A DNA stretch of 64,000 nt, from NCBI GenBank assembly GCA_016618085.1, contig JABLTG010000114.1, forward strand, positions 1-64,000, given 5' to 3'. Both the position numbers and the translations under genes were made by a program. Positions 49,259 through 62,403 of this stretch are shown here, piece after piece. The notes under the pieces were generated by a model. It was given only the letters and a program-made list of their open reading frames with translations. It was not told the DNA's origin and ran no database searches. Each line of letters starts with the position of its first letter. Positions within the stretch are counted from its first letter, which is position 1. Origin of the DNA: Neovahlkampfia damariscottae (Eukaryota).

Positions 49259-52200
49259 TCATTTAATTTTTAATAATTCAACAATTTCTGGAAAAGATAA
49301 ACGACCATCACCATCTTCATCAATTTCCGACATTAACTCCAAAACTTCCAAATCAGAAATCAATTTTGTACCCAAATCTTCTCTTAAATTGAACTTCGTA
49401 ATCATCAAAGGAAACATATCTCTACATTCATCAAATTCTAAGAAACCTGATAAATCTTCATCAAATTGTTGAAATGTCTCCCAAATTACATGATAAATCT
49501 CCAATGATTTCATTAATTGTCCAAATCCACCTTCTGCCATTCTTAACCACCATTCCAAAAATTCATCAAAATCAACATTACCTTGACCATCAGAATCCAT
49601 TAAATGAATTAATAAATCCATATATTTTTTGAAAACTGGAAATCCTAAATCTCTCATTAATTCTTTTAATTCTAAAACATCAATAGTTCCAGAATTATCT
49701 TCATCATATTTTTGAAATATTCTTGCAATTTCTTCTGGATCTGTTGTACATTTCATATCAATAGATCCTTCTTTTGCTAATTTTTTAAACTCTAAATATT
49801 TTTTGTATTCTTCAATTTCTTCTAATTCCTTAGTTGTTAAATTTTTCTTTTGTGAAATGGTTGATGAAATATTAATCAAAGAAACAGCTCCAATATTTGG
49901 TGAATCAACAGGCTTAGTTTTTGTATCTGATTTTCGATTTGTTTCAACTTTTAGTTCTGATTTACGTTTTGGCTCAGGTTTAGGTGGATCTGGTTCTGTT
50001 GGATCAATCAATGGTGCCATTTTTTCTTCTTCTTTCTTTTTTGGTTCTGGTTTAATTTCAGTTTTTTTTTCACCAACTACACGAATTTCAGGTTCTTTCT
50101 TTGCTCCCACCACACGAATTTCAGGTTCTGATTTCTTTGGTCCTCCAACAACACGAATTTCTTGATTTGTAGGTTTCTTTGGACCTCCAACGACTCTAAT
50201 TTGTGACTCATCATATTTAGGTTCTGGTTTTTTCTTTTTTGAAAATAAACCGCCAAATAAACCTTTCTTTTCTTTTATTGGTGGTTTTGTTCCACCAACT
50301 ACTCGAATTTCTGGTTGTTTCTTTGCACCCACGACACGAATTTCTGGCTCTTTTTTTGCACCAACTACACGAATTTCAGGTTCTTTTTTTGCACCAACTA
50401 CACGAATTTCTGGCTCTTTTTTTGCACCTACAACTCTAATTTCAGGTTCAGATTTTTTCTTTGCTTCTTCTTCTTCTTTTTGTTTTTTCTTTTTTTCTTC
50501 TTCTTCCTTTCTCTTTTTTTCTTCTTCTATTTTTCTCTTCTTTTCTTCTTCTTCTTTCTTTTTTGCTTCTTTTTTCTCTTCCTCTTTTTTCTTTGCTTCT
50601 TCTTTTTTTCTTTGTTCTTCTTGTTTCTTTTCTAATTCAATTCTTTTCATTTCTTCTTGTTTTTGTTTTTTAATTTGATCAAATTGTCTTATTGAATCCA
50701 TTTTAGGAATCAATTCGTTAGATAACATAGATTCTCTATTATTCATTGGCATTATATCATTTGGATTTGGAATATCACCATCTATTTGTAACATTGAGAT
50801 CTTTGTTGTTAATTCATTATCAAAAGCATCAAAATCAAAGGATGTAGGTCTTGATTGAATAGCTCTTAAAGAACGATGTTCAATATCAGTTTTTTGTTTT
50901 CTTATTCTTGGTTTCATATCAACATCTTCAAATCCAAGTGATTCCATTATTTGTTGAGCTGTTTTATAAATAATTCTTGGTTCTTCATTTTTTTCAAGAG
51001 CATCTTCTTCTTCTTTTTGTTTTTTTGGTAATTCAAATACAATTCCTTCTTCTGTTATTTTCTTTTTTTTTGGTAATTCAAAAAATTCACCTTCTTCTGT
51101 TGTTGTTTTTTTTTTTGGTTTTTCAAATTTTTCTTCTTCTTCTTCATCTGATGATATTGTCTTTTGCATTCTTTTCTTTTTTGGTTTTTCAAAATCAATA
51201 TCATCTTCTGATGATGAATCTTGTTTTTTCATCAATTTTTTTTTAGGTAATTGAAATTCTTTTTTGTCTTCATCTGATGATGATTCTGTTTTTAATACTT
51301 TTTTCTTTGGTAATTCAAAAGTTTCAGTAGGTTCTGGTTCTTCATCTGATGATTCTTCTGCTGCTTCTACAACTTCTTCATCTGAGGAATTGTCTGATTT
51401 CTTGATAACTTTTTTCTTTGGTAATTCAAATTCTTCATCTGATGAATCTGCCTTCATGACTTTCTTTTTTGGTTTCTCAAATACTTTTTCTTCATCTGAT
51501 GAATCTTTTTTGAGTATTTTCTTTTGTGGTTTTTCAAATTTCTCTTCTTCTTCATCTAATGAACTTTCTTTTTTGATAACTTTTTTTTTTGGTAATTCAA
51601 ATTTTTCATCTTCATCTGATGAAGTATCAATTTTTGGTTTAACTCTTTTTGGTTTTTGAAATTTTGATTTTTCTTCTTCTTCATCTGATGACGTCAATAA
51701 TGGTTTTTTTAATTTTTTTTTCTTTTTAATTTTTTCATCTTCTTCTGAAGAAGAGGAAGAGTTAATTATTTTCTTCTTTCTTGATTTGAATTTCTCTTCT
51801 TCTTCTGATGATGAATCTTTGTTGATTTTTTTTTTCTTTATTTTTTTCTTTGGTTCTTCATCCGATGAATCTGAATCCGAATCAATTGGTTTCTTTTTTC
51901 CAAGTTTCTTTTTTTTTGGTTTTTCATCTTCTGATGAGCTTTCATTTTTTATTTGCTTCTTTTTTTTTGGTTTTGGTTTTTCATCTTCGGAAGAAGATAC
52001 TTCAGTTTGAAAATTAAATCCTTCAATAGAAAATTGAATAGATCCTTTTCCTTCATCTAAATTCTCTGAAAATTGTACTTTCTTTTTTAAAGCTTTTTTA
52101 AATTTTGATGAATCAACTTTAATAGATCTGATGAATTAATTAAATAATAAAACGAGTTACCCGAGTGGAATTGAGTCATCAAGTGGGTCAAAGTGTATAA

Positions 52201-52444
52201 CTTTAATATCTACTAAAATTCCATCATTTTGTATGTCCTCCAAATTGACTTCAAATTCGCTTTCAAAGTCAAAAATTGGATCAACTGTTTTTCTTTTATT
52301 TTTTGATTTGTCTTCAAAAACTAATTTATTATTTATTTTACATTCTATTTCTACAAATGGATTTGATAGTTTTTTGGTTTTTGCTTCAAGTCCTTTTGCA
52401 CCTTCAACAACAAAACAAAACTTTCCCATTTTGGTACTTTTCAT
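49259..52444 (-). CDS. C2 domain + charged repeats + C-terminal EF-hands
   Basis: C2-like N-terminus (VVEGAKGL..SNPFVEI..TVDPIFD); SSDEE/FELPKKK repeats; EF loops DEDNSGTIDVLE, DSDGQGNVDFDE, DEDLSGFLEFDE, DEDGDGRLSFPE. Confidence 0.75.
50063..50449 (-). repeat. Coding repeat (EP)EIRVVG(A/G)xK, nine IRVVG copies
   Basis: 33-nt units visible in DNA and in the translation. Confidence 0.9.
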
Positions 52445-52574
52445 TGACCAATAAAAAAGAGATAATTTTATGGGTGAGAATTTTTTTTTTTTATTGAATT
52501 CTTTGAAAATTCAATTTTGGGTATTTTTCAAATACAACTGATTTTTTGGAACGGTTAACCAATCATATCAACAA

Positions 52575-54175
52575 ATGGACAATAAAAAAATCATCACAGG
52601 CACTTTAATCGGTCTTGGTTCAGTTATTGGACTTGGTCTTCTTTATAAATATTATTTTGCTTCACCAACTGAAACAAAAGAAAAAGTTGAAGAAAAAAAA
52701 ACAAAAGAAGAACCAAAAGTTGAAGAAACAAAAGTAGAAAAAGAAGTTGCAGAAAAAGTTCAAGAAATAAAAGAAGAACCATCAAAAATTGTCCAAGAAC
52801 CAAAAAAACCAGAACCAGAAAAGAAACAAGAAGAAAAAGTTGTTTCTCCAAAACAAGAAGAAAAAAAAGAAGATTCAGATAAAGAAGAGTCAACAATTGA
52901 TATTGATATGTCAGGTTCACAATTTCAAGATTCAGATGAAGAAGATGGAAATGGTAAACTGACGGGAGAAATCAATTTAGAAAATTCACACTTCAAAGAT
53001 AACTCAATGTCAAATTCAATCAATAATAGCTTTGTTGTTGTTGATGAACCACCAACACCTTCAGAATTCAAAATGTTTGTCCGTTTATCAAAAATACCAA
53101 CTGTTGAATCATGGAAAGTAGACGCAACTGCAAAATTCTTAGGAATTAAAGTTAATTATGTTGAAGTTACAGATGAAGATCTTGATAGTGGATTCTTTAA
53201 AGAAATGATTTCACCAATGCTTCAATTTCCAACACTTCAAACTCCACAAGGAACTATTTGGGAATCAAATGCTATTGTTAGATATTTATCAACAGTTGGA
53301 AATGATAGACAATTATATAACGCATTTGTTGATAATTGGTTAGTTTGGTTTGAAAATTTACAAAAGAAAATTTCTGTTGTTCTTAATCATTCTTTGGGTA
53401 ATAAAGTTAAACCAACCAAACCAGAAATTAAAGAATTTGATGAAATCATCAATAATGCATTTACCATTTTGAACAAACAATTAGAAGGTGTTGAATATAT
53501 CTGTCAAGATATGAGTCTTGCTGATATTCAAGTTTGAATTTTTTAAACTCATTTTCATAGGGTGTTTGTTTGTTTAGAAAATTATATGAAACACAATTTG
53601 ATGAAGATTTTAGAAAGAAATATTCAAAAGTTACTTCATGGTTCAAACATGTTGCTTCAAAACCTGAAATTTCTCTTGTTTTAGGAGAACCAAAATTTAA
53701 AGTATCAAAAAAGAATGAAGAAGGTGCTAAAGGATTTGATATGAAAGCATATAAAAAGAATTATCTTTCTATTGAAGTGCCACATGATACTTTAACTTAT
53801 CTTTGGAAACAAAATGTAAATCTTCAACAAGGAAATACATGTTATTTTGTAACTTCAAAAAAAACAGACTATGAATCAAAAGATGAATCATTGGATTTAA
53901 TTGAATCATTTACTACACAATTTAAAGAAGAATCAACTTTCGCTATTCATTATTTGTTGAATACAGATGAAAAACACCATGAAATTGTTGGAATCTATAT
54001 TTTTGAAGGAAAACAAACTCCTGATGTTTTTAAATCATCAGATTTCTCAAAAACATTCACTTTCAAAAGACAAGACTGGAAAAAAAATAAAAAAGATATT
54101 GATAATTATTTATCAGCAGTCTATGGTCAAAAATTATTAGGAAAGAAGGTCATTGATAAACAATTAAATTTTTAA
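52575..54175 (+). CDS. Signal-anchored eEF1B-gamma-like protein (TM + acidic linker + GST-like + EF1G-like domain)
   Basis: N-terminal TM IITGTLIGLGSVIGLGLLYKYYF; QFPTLQTPQGTIWESNAIVRYL; MSLADI; FDMKAYKKNY...HEIVGIYIF. Confidence 0.7.
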
Positions 54176-54234
54176 AAAAATAAAAAAATTGATTATTTTT
54201 TCCACCAATCATTATTTCTTAAAACTCAATCAGA

Positions 54235-54512
54235 ATGACAAAGAGAACAGACGTACCTGAGTTAAAAAGATACTTGGATAAAAAACTTTTAGGTAAAACA
54301 ATCTTTTTCTTTTTTAAATATTCATCATAGTAAAAATGAATGCTGGTCGTGAAGTTTCAGGTTATCTTCGTGGATATGACCAATTCCTCAACATTACTTT
54401 AGACGATACAGTTGAAGTTGTGAAAAATAAACCAGATGGTGAAAAATTAGGTTTTATTGTTGTCAGAGGTAATAGTATTGAAATGTTAGAGTGTTTAGAA
54501 GTAATGAAATAA
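54235..54512 (+). CDS. SNRPG: Sm protein G
   Basis: PELKRYLDKKLL|VKMNAGREVSGYLRGYDQFLNITLD...VVRGNSI. Confidence 0.9.
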
Positions 54513-54597
54513 AAGAAACAAAGAAAAGTTTTTATTTTTTTTTTTAAAAGACACTTTACAATTTTGTCTTTTAAAAAAAACCACTCCTATTTGAAAT

Positions 54598-55377
54598 TTA
54601 TTCAGATTTAGCAATAACTGAATTTTTTAAAAAGTCTGATAATTTAATAGGTCCTTGAACATCATCTGGTGATTCATCTTCGAGAATGTAAATATTGAAA
54701 TTTCCAAGGTCTTGTGTTTTGTCTTGTAAAAGTGTAACTACAAGTTTATCACCATCTCCAATAAGCATAGCATCTGGATGTTCTCTTAAGAATTTGAACA
54801 TGTTTGTTTCATCATCTTCAAGAGCAAATTCAGTATCAAATGAAGTATTTGGTAGTTTAAGTTTTTTGTTTACAAGTTCTCCTGAAAATGTGGTATCCAA
54901 GAATTGAAGCATTGTTGTTGGAATATCATATGTTTCTTTATATTGTCTGTTGACTTGTTGTTCATATACACCTTTTAATCTTTTGATTTGTTTCATGACT
55001 TCTGCATCTAGTTCTGTTTTTGCAACTTGTACTTTTGGTGCTTCAGTTTTTTTTGTTCTGACTTTTTTTTCAACTGGTTTTACTTCAATTGGAGCTTCAA
55101 CTTTTTCAACTGGCTTTGGTTCTGATTTCTTTTCTTTCTTTTCTTTGAGATCTAATTTTGACATTTTTTCAACAACTTTTTCAACATTTTCTTTATCTTC
55201 AGTAGATGTTGTCTTTGTTTTTGTGGTTCTATGTTCTTTTTGTTCATTTTCTGAAAGGACAGTCATAGTTTTGTAATCATAAACTTTTCTTGTTCTTGTT
55301 CCAGAAATGATATTTGAAGGGTCTACTTTTGATGATGCAATTCTTTTTGATCTATCCACTTTTCTTGTTGTTGACAT
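54598..55377 (-). CDS. Hypothetical protein with N-terminal CHZ-like motif
   Basis: VDPSNIISGTRTRKVYDY; 259-aa ORF. Confidence 0.55.
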   Translation of the reverse strand: MSTTRKVDRSKRIASSKVDPSNIISGTRTRKVYDYKTMTVLSENEQKEHRTTKTKTTSTEDKENVEKVVEKMSKLDLKEKKEKKSEPKPVEKVEAPIEVKPVEKKVRTKKTEAPKVQVAKTELDAEVMKQIKRLKGVYEQQVNRQYKETYDIPTTMLQFLDTTFSGELVNKKLKLPNTSFDTEFALEDDETNMFKFLREHPDAMLIGDGDKLVVTLLQDKTQDLGNFNIYILEDESPDDVQGPIKLSDFLKNSVIAKSE

Positions 55378-55509
55378 GTTTGGACAGTTTTTTTTTTTTC
55401 GTTAAATTGCCGTTACACTAAATGCAACTCATTTATTGGTTAATTTTGGCGGGAAGAAAATCATTGGTCATTTCCTCAACCAATAAACTCTAAAAACATC
55501 CAGTTCATA

Positions 55510-56682
55510 TTATTTAATTTTAAATGAAATATCAACCAATAATTGCATTCTGTTGAACTTTTCAACCGGCATATATCGTCCAATAATACCTGAATGAATT
55601 GAATAAAAAAAATAAAAATTCAAATGAGATGTTGGGACATATGGATAAATATCAAGATATGAAGAAGCATGTTTCAAAGCAGTACTAATTATATCTTCAT
55701 TATTTTGTAATTTCCAAGAACAGTGTTTGAAAGATGAACCATTTTGTTTCATACATTCCAAAACAATTTCTTCATCATTTTGATGTTTCAATGAAACATG
55801 TTCCAAAATGAAACCATTAATTTTTGCTGACTTTAAAACAATTTCATAATCACTTTTATCTTTTAAAAAATAGAAAGCTCGAGAAAAAGTTTTCATTGAA
55901 ATGAAAACCAATTCATCATTAATTATTGTTTTTGGAAGATATTTCAGTAGAGTTCCATTGGAATCTAATGCAATAGAAATCACATCTAGATTGTTTCTGA
56001 GTTCTTCACTTGGTATTGATAAATAATTTAAACCATTTTTTTTAAGTGATTTGCGAATGATTTCTTTATCTGTCTTCAATCTTTCTGATAAATATTTGAA
56101 ACTTAGAGGGTCAGAATCAATTGCTATTTTAGCAATACATTCATTATCTTTTATAGATTCCGAAGCAAATTGAATTGATATTCCATTTTGTTGTACTGCT
56201 TTTTCAACAATTTCATAATCATCTTGCAAAGAAGCATCTAAGTACTCAAGTAACATTCCATCAAAACAAACGACACTGGAGCCAATTTGTTCATCTATTT
56301 TGAGTTCTTGTGAGGCATATATGATTGAACTAGGATTTCTTGAAATTGCTATTCTCATTAATAAATCATCTTGTTGTAAATTTTCAGTAGCGTATTTGAT
56401 TAAAATTCCATCTTTTAAAATCATTTTTCTCATAAATATGAGGTCAGATTTTAAAATATCTGAAGCATATGATAAAGAATTAATATTTTGATTCACTGCT
56501 AATTCAACAATTCTTGAATTTGCTTGAAGTTTCTCAGAAGTAAATTCCAAAGCTAGTCCGTTTTGTTTGACAGCAATTTCAACCAGTTCTTCGTCATCCA
56601 TTGCAGTGGGTATAAATTGTAATTTATAACCATTTTTTCTCAGTACTGCAGCATACTGTTCTTTCTTTTCATCGTCTATCAT
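55510..56682 (-). CDS. DUF4116 repeat protein
   Basis: Repeated D.EIV..AV.QNG..L.(F/Y)AS..L units. Confidence 0.85.
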   Translation of the reverse strand: MIDDEKKEQYAAVLRKNGYKLQFIPTAMDDEELVEIAVKQNGLALEFTSEKLQANSRIVELAVNQNINSLSYASDILKSDLIFMRKMILKDGILIKYATENLQQDDLLMRIAISRNPSSIIYASQELKIDEQIGSSVVCFDGMLLEYLDASLQDDYEIVEKAVQQNGISIQFASESIKDNECIAKIAIDSDPLSFKYLSERLKTDKEIIRKSLKKNGLNYLSIPSEELRNNLDVISIALDSNGTLLKYLPKTIINDELVFISMKTFSRAFYFLKDKSDYEIVLKSAKINGFILEHVSLKHQNDEEIVLECMKQNGSSFKHCSWKLQNNEDIISTALKHASSYLDIYPYVPTSHLNFYFFYSIHSGIIGRYMPVEKFNRMQLLVDISFKIK

Positions 56683-56778
56683 TTTTGAAACAAAAAAAAT
56701 CAATAAATTTGACCAATTGAAAACTTTCACTTAAAATAAAAAGAATATCAACTGAATGATGATTTATTCAAAATTTAT

Positions 56779-57258
56779 TTACAAAATAATTTTTTCCATT
56801 TTATATGCGTCATGAGATTTCACATTGGTCAATTGATCACCATAATAATCCTTCATTAATTCTACAACTTTAAAACCAATCTTTTTATAAAATTTAATTC
56901 CAGATTCATTATCAAGATGAACATTCAATGTCAACTTCTCTTTTCCATTTAATTTTGCAAAATCAACACTTTTATCAATTAATCTACTTCCAATTTTTCT
57001 TCTTCGATATTTTTCATAAACTCCGAAACTTATAATATGAAATTTTGATTTGTCATTTGGAAAACTTCCAATGAGATAACCAACAAACTTTTGATTTTTT
57101 GTTTCTGCTATGAAAATTCTCATTGAAGGAGACAACAAAAAACAAAATATTTCAAAGAAACCATAATATAAAGGTAAACAAGCTTGATTACAATCACTTA
57201 TTGAAAAGGTATCAGAAAAATAAGCTTCTCTAATTATTATTTCCTCTTCTTCGGTCAT
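56779..57258 (-). CDS. GNAT N-acetyltransferase (NAA50/RimI-like)
   Basis: HIISFGVYEKYRRRKIGSRL, LNVHLDNESGIKFYKKIGF, DYY; start MTEEEE at 57258. Confidence 0.85.
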   Translation of the reverse strand: MTEEEEIIIREAYFSDTFSISDCNQACLPLYYGFFEIFCFLLSPSMRIFIAETKNQKFVGYLIGSFPNDKSKFHIISFGVYEKYRRRKIGSRLIDKSVDFAKLNGKEKLTLNVHLDNESGIKFYKKIGFKVVELMKDYYGDQLTNVKSHDAYKMEKIIL

Positions 57259-57305
57259 TGAAATAACAACAAGTTTTGATTGGTAAGTTTTTTTGAAGCT
57301 GAAGA
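57259..57305. promoter_or_regulatory. 47-bp divergent intergenic region with a CCAAT box
   Basis: Head-to-head ATGs at 57258 (-) and 57306 (+) with gattgg between them. Confidence 0.55.
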
Positions 57306-59082
<1,777 letters not shown>

Positions 59083-59093
59083 AAGAATAAAAT

Positions 59094-59962
59094 TTATTGT
59101 GTTTTTTTATCATCAACTTTAATTGTTTTTTTAACATGGTCTGGAATCCAATCTTCATTTACTTCAGATGATTCTTCTTGAGCAACTGCTTCAACTTTTT
59201 TACTTTTTCCAAATTTCTTTGATAAAGTTGATGTACGGAACATGATTAAAAGAATATAACCAACAACACTCATGATAACTGCTAAAGCAATATATGAACC
59301 AATTCTGTGTGAAAAAAAATGTTAGGTTTTAAATTTCTTTTTTTTTTACTGTCTTGGGTCAAAAACTTCTTCTGCTTCAACAAAAGTAACAGTTTGATTG
59401 AAGAATGTAGTAGCAAATGTGTCATTATCTGGGTTTGTATAGAAAACATCAATTACAATACCAAATTCACGTAAATCAACATTTTTGTCTGGTCTGAAAC
59501 GATATAATAAAGTATTTGATTCATCAGGTTCAACTGTTACGTTATATGCAAAACCTGTAAAATTTTGAAGTAAATAAGTCCAGTCCATTGGTGAAACAAT
59601 ATGACCTCTGATATATTGAATTTTGAATGGTTTATCACCTGTATTTTCAAATCCTAATAAAACATCGGACCATGATCCAACAGCGAATTCTTGAGTTTTA
59701 AAATTTTTGTTTTTTTTTATTTACTGTTTTCTGTATTTTTTGGAAAATAAAATGAGGATGAAACGTCTGGTGATGCAAAAAATCCAGAAAGTGTTGGTTC
59801 TGGTTCTGGAACTGGTTCTTCTCCAGCTGTATCTGGTTCATCTGGATCTGCTGCAAGTTTTTCTTCTTGTTTTGCTAATTTTTCGTCTTTTACTTCTTCA
59901 GCTAATGCAATACAAAATAAAAGAGCAAAACATAAATAAATGAAAAGAGTTGATGTTTTCAT
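59094..59962 (-). CDS. SSR1: Translocon-associated protein alpha
   Basis: Signal peptide, acidic stretch, SPDVSSSFYFP, LQNFT, FFNQTVTFVE, TM, cytosolic DWIP. Confidence 0.85.
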
Positions 59963-60073
59963 CTTTCACAAAATTATTGTTTTAACGTGGGCCAATCAAA
60001 TGAAGCCAACGAATAAAATTTTAAACCAATCATTGGAAAATACGTGTCAACAAAAAACAGGGCAAGAAATTTT

Positions 60074-60694
60074 TTATTCATTTTTACAAGCTTCTTCAAC
60101 GTGTTGTGTTTCTTCAACAGATATTTTAGTATTACCCAAATTTATTAAAAAATAAGGAAAAAGACCTTTTATGTCCGTCAAATTCATGTATGAATACTCA
60201 ACATCATCGCCAGCTTGTTTCATTGCTCTAACATTGAATGGTAAATCACATCTAATATTATTCTTTTTTGTAACTTCATCAGATTTATAATCAGTTGAAG
60301 CATCAATCATCACAATTGTTCCGTCTTCCAAAGTCATTCGTTTTCTTTCAACTAAAAAATCTCGATTGGATACAAGACCACCTAAAGAATATTCCCAGTA
60401 TTGAACATTATGATTTTCATCAAATGTTTCAACATATTTTCCACCTACGTATGTATTATTCCATTCACCATGTCTTTCAATCATTTTTTCATGTAAAAGT
60501 TGGTTCAATGATTCTGTTTTACAATTTTTGAAAATCTTTCTAACTTTTGTTGCCAATAATGATGTATGAAATTGTGTAAGTTTTTGGAAGACTTTTATTC
60601 CTCCTGTTTCTTTGACAAATTTCCAGTCCTTATCATCTTTTAATTCTGTGAGCATTTGTTCAATAAATTGTTTTGGTAATTTTGTGTTTTTCAT
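60074..60694 (-). CDS. START lipid-binding domain protein
   Basis: WKFVKETGGIKVFQK, RHGEWN, LVSNRDFL, DIKGLFP. Confidence 0.8.
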   Translation of the reverse strand: MKNTKLPKQFIEQMLTELKDDKDWKFVKETGGIKVFQKLTQFHTSLLATKVRKIFKNCKTESLNQLLHEKMIERHGEWNNTYVGGKYVETFDENHNVQYWEYSLGGLVSNRDFLVERKRMTLEDGTIVMIDASTDYKSDEVTKKNNIRCDLPFNVRAMKQAGDDVEYSYMNLTDIKGLFPYFLINLGNTKISVEETQHVEEACKNE

Positions 60695-60895
60695 GGTTGG
60701 TTGTTGGTTGATGATCAAATCTCCTACATGCTTTATAATCAATTTGACCAACCAAAAAAATTCCTTATTTCTCCGAATCGGAGGTTTGAGGATGATTTGA
60801 TTTTTTTTTAGTTATTTTTATTTTTTTATGGTTGTAAAATACCAATGAAATGATTGGTTGAAAAAGAAACTTAAAAACGTCAACAACTTGAAGAA

Positions 60896-61408
60896 ATGGG
60901 CCAAGTGGAAGCAAAAGAAATTCCAGTAATTTTATTAGGTCTACAAGGTGTTGGTAAATCAAATTATTTACATTGCTTAAAAAACGGTGAATTAACCGAA
61001 GCTATACCAACACTTGGTTTTTTACGTGAAGAAATTGAATATAAAGACCATTTATACCAATTTTGGGAAATAGGAGGCGATTCTTCATTGCGAGATAAAT
61101 GGCAAGACTTTTTTGAAAATAAACAGGCTGTAATTTTTATGATTGATTCTTCAAATTTGGATACAATGGAAGAAGCACATAATGAACTTCAGAAATTAAT
61201 GAAAAATGATATTTTAAAAGATTTACCATTTTTAATACTCGCAAATAAACAAGATATGGAAAATGTTATGGGTATCTCAGAACTCAATGATTTACTTGAG
61301 TTAAATGATTTTGAAGGTCTTTGTGCTATCAAACCGTGCAGTGTTAAAAATAATTCTGGGTTAATGGAAGGTTTAGAATGGTTACATTATCAACTGAGCA
61401 AAAAATAA
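60896..61408 (+). CDS. ARF/ARL-like small GTPase
   Basis: MG start, GLQGVGKS, IPTLGF, WEIGG, ANKQD, CSV. Confidence 0.88.
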   Translation: MGQVEAKEIPVILLGLQGVGKSNYLHCLKNGELTEAIPTLGFLREEIEYKDHLYQFWEIGGDSSLRDKWQDFFENKQAVIFMIDSSNLDTMEEAHNELQKLMKNDILKDLPFLILANKQDMENVMGISELNDLLELNDFEGLCAIKPCSVKNNSGLMEGLEWLHYQLSKK

Positions 61409-61419
61409 AAAACATATTT

Positions 61420-62341
61420 TTAATTATTTTGTATTACTATTTTCTTATCTAAAAGTACAGCACTGATTGGATAACTATCAATACCACCAGATGTGTCACA
61501 CATGATTCTATTCTTCAAAAATTGAACTTTATCAACCATAACATGTCCTGAACAAACTGTTTTCTTGGTTTCTGGATGACAGTAATCAATGTTTCTAGCA
61601 CTTAAAGATAAATTATAAGGTATCATTGAATTCTTTTCCATTAAATCCTTCATTTGTTGATCAAAATTTATACTTTTCTCTAATCCAGCATGGACAAAAA
61701 TATATTTCGAATTCTCCAATACCCAAGGCATTTCTCTGATGAAATCTTTATGTTCTTCTGGTACTGCTTTCAAAAAAGCTTCATAGTCACCATGTTCGCA
61801 GCCATAACTTGAAAATGTTGTTTCAGAATTGTAAATATGTTTTCCATATCTTCTTCCTTGTAAATGCATGTTTTTCAGAATTTCTTTTTCTTCTTCATTC
61901 TCTTCATCACCCCATAGTTGAGATATTTTTACTTTTGAGTTATTTTCCCATGTTTCTTTAAATAAATGTCCTTCTGGTGCTTTCCATAAACCTAAAAAAT
62001 GTCCAAAAGCAAAGTCATGATTTCCCAAAACAAAAAATGTTGTATTTTCTTTTCTACTCTTTTTTAAATCAATCAAGTACTGTAAAGTATCTTTTGAATA
62101 TTCTCCTCTATAATAAAAAATAAATCAATGAAGATATTTTTTCTTACCTGTCAACATAATCACCTAAAAAAACTAAATTATAACACTCTAAATAATCCTT
62201 TAAATTTTTCATCAATGACTTCAATTCATTGAGATTTCCATGTAAATCACCAATAATTATTGTGTTTTCATCTGGTATTTGATGTTTTTTGAAAATTTCT
62301 TGGTCAACATTTTCAATGTTTTTCTCGTTTGTTTTTCCCAT
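61420..62341 (-). CDS. RLPH-type (Rhizobiales-like) PPP metallophosphatase
   Basis: GDLHG, FLGDYVDR, GNHDFAF, MHLQGRR, FVHAG, SGH. Confidence 0.8.
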
Positions 62342-62403
62342 TTCAAAAAATTGATTGGTGCTCTTCTGAGAAAAAGAAAAAGAAAAAAAAATAAAGTTAC
62401 ATT

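Noticed and set aside
50063..50449. 33-nt periodic repeats suggesting a CRISPR array
   Set aside because: In-frame coding repeats with synonymous variation, no unique spacers, no cas genes, eukaryotic context
49803..52010. Phe/Ser/Leu-rich plus-strand ORFs, and similar antisense ORFs elsewhere
   Set aside because: Shadows of Lys/Glu-rich genes on the opposite strand
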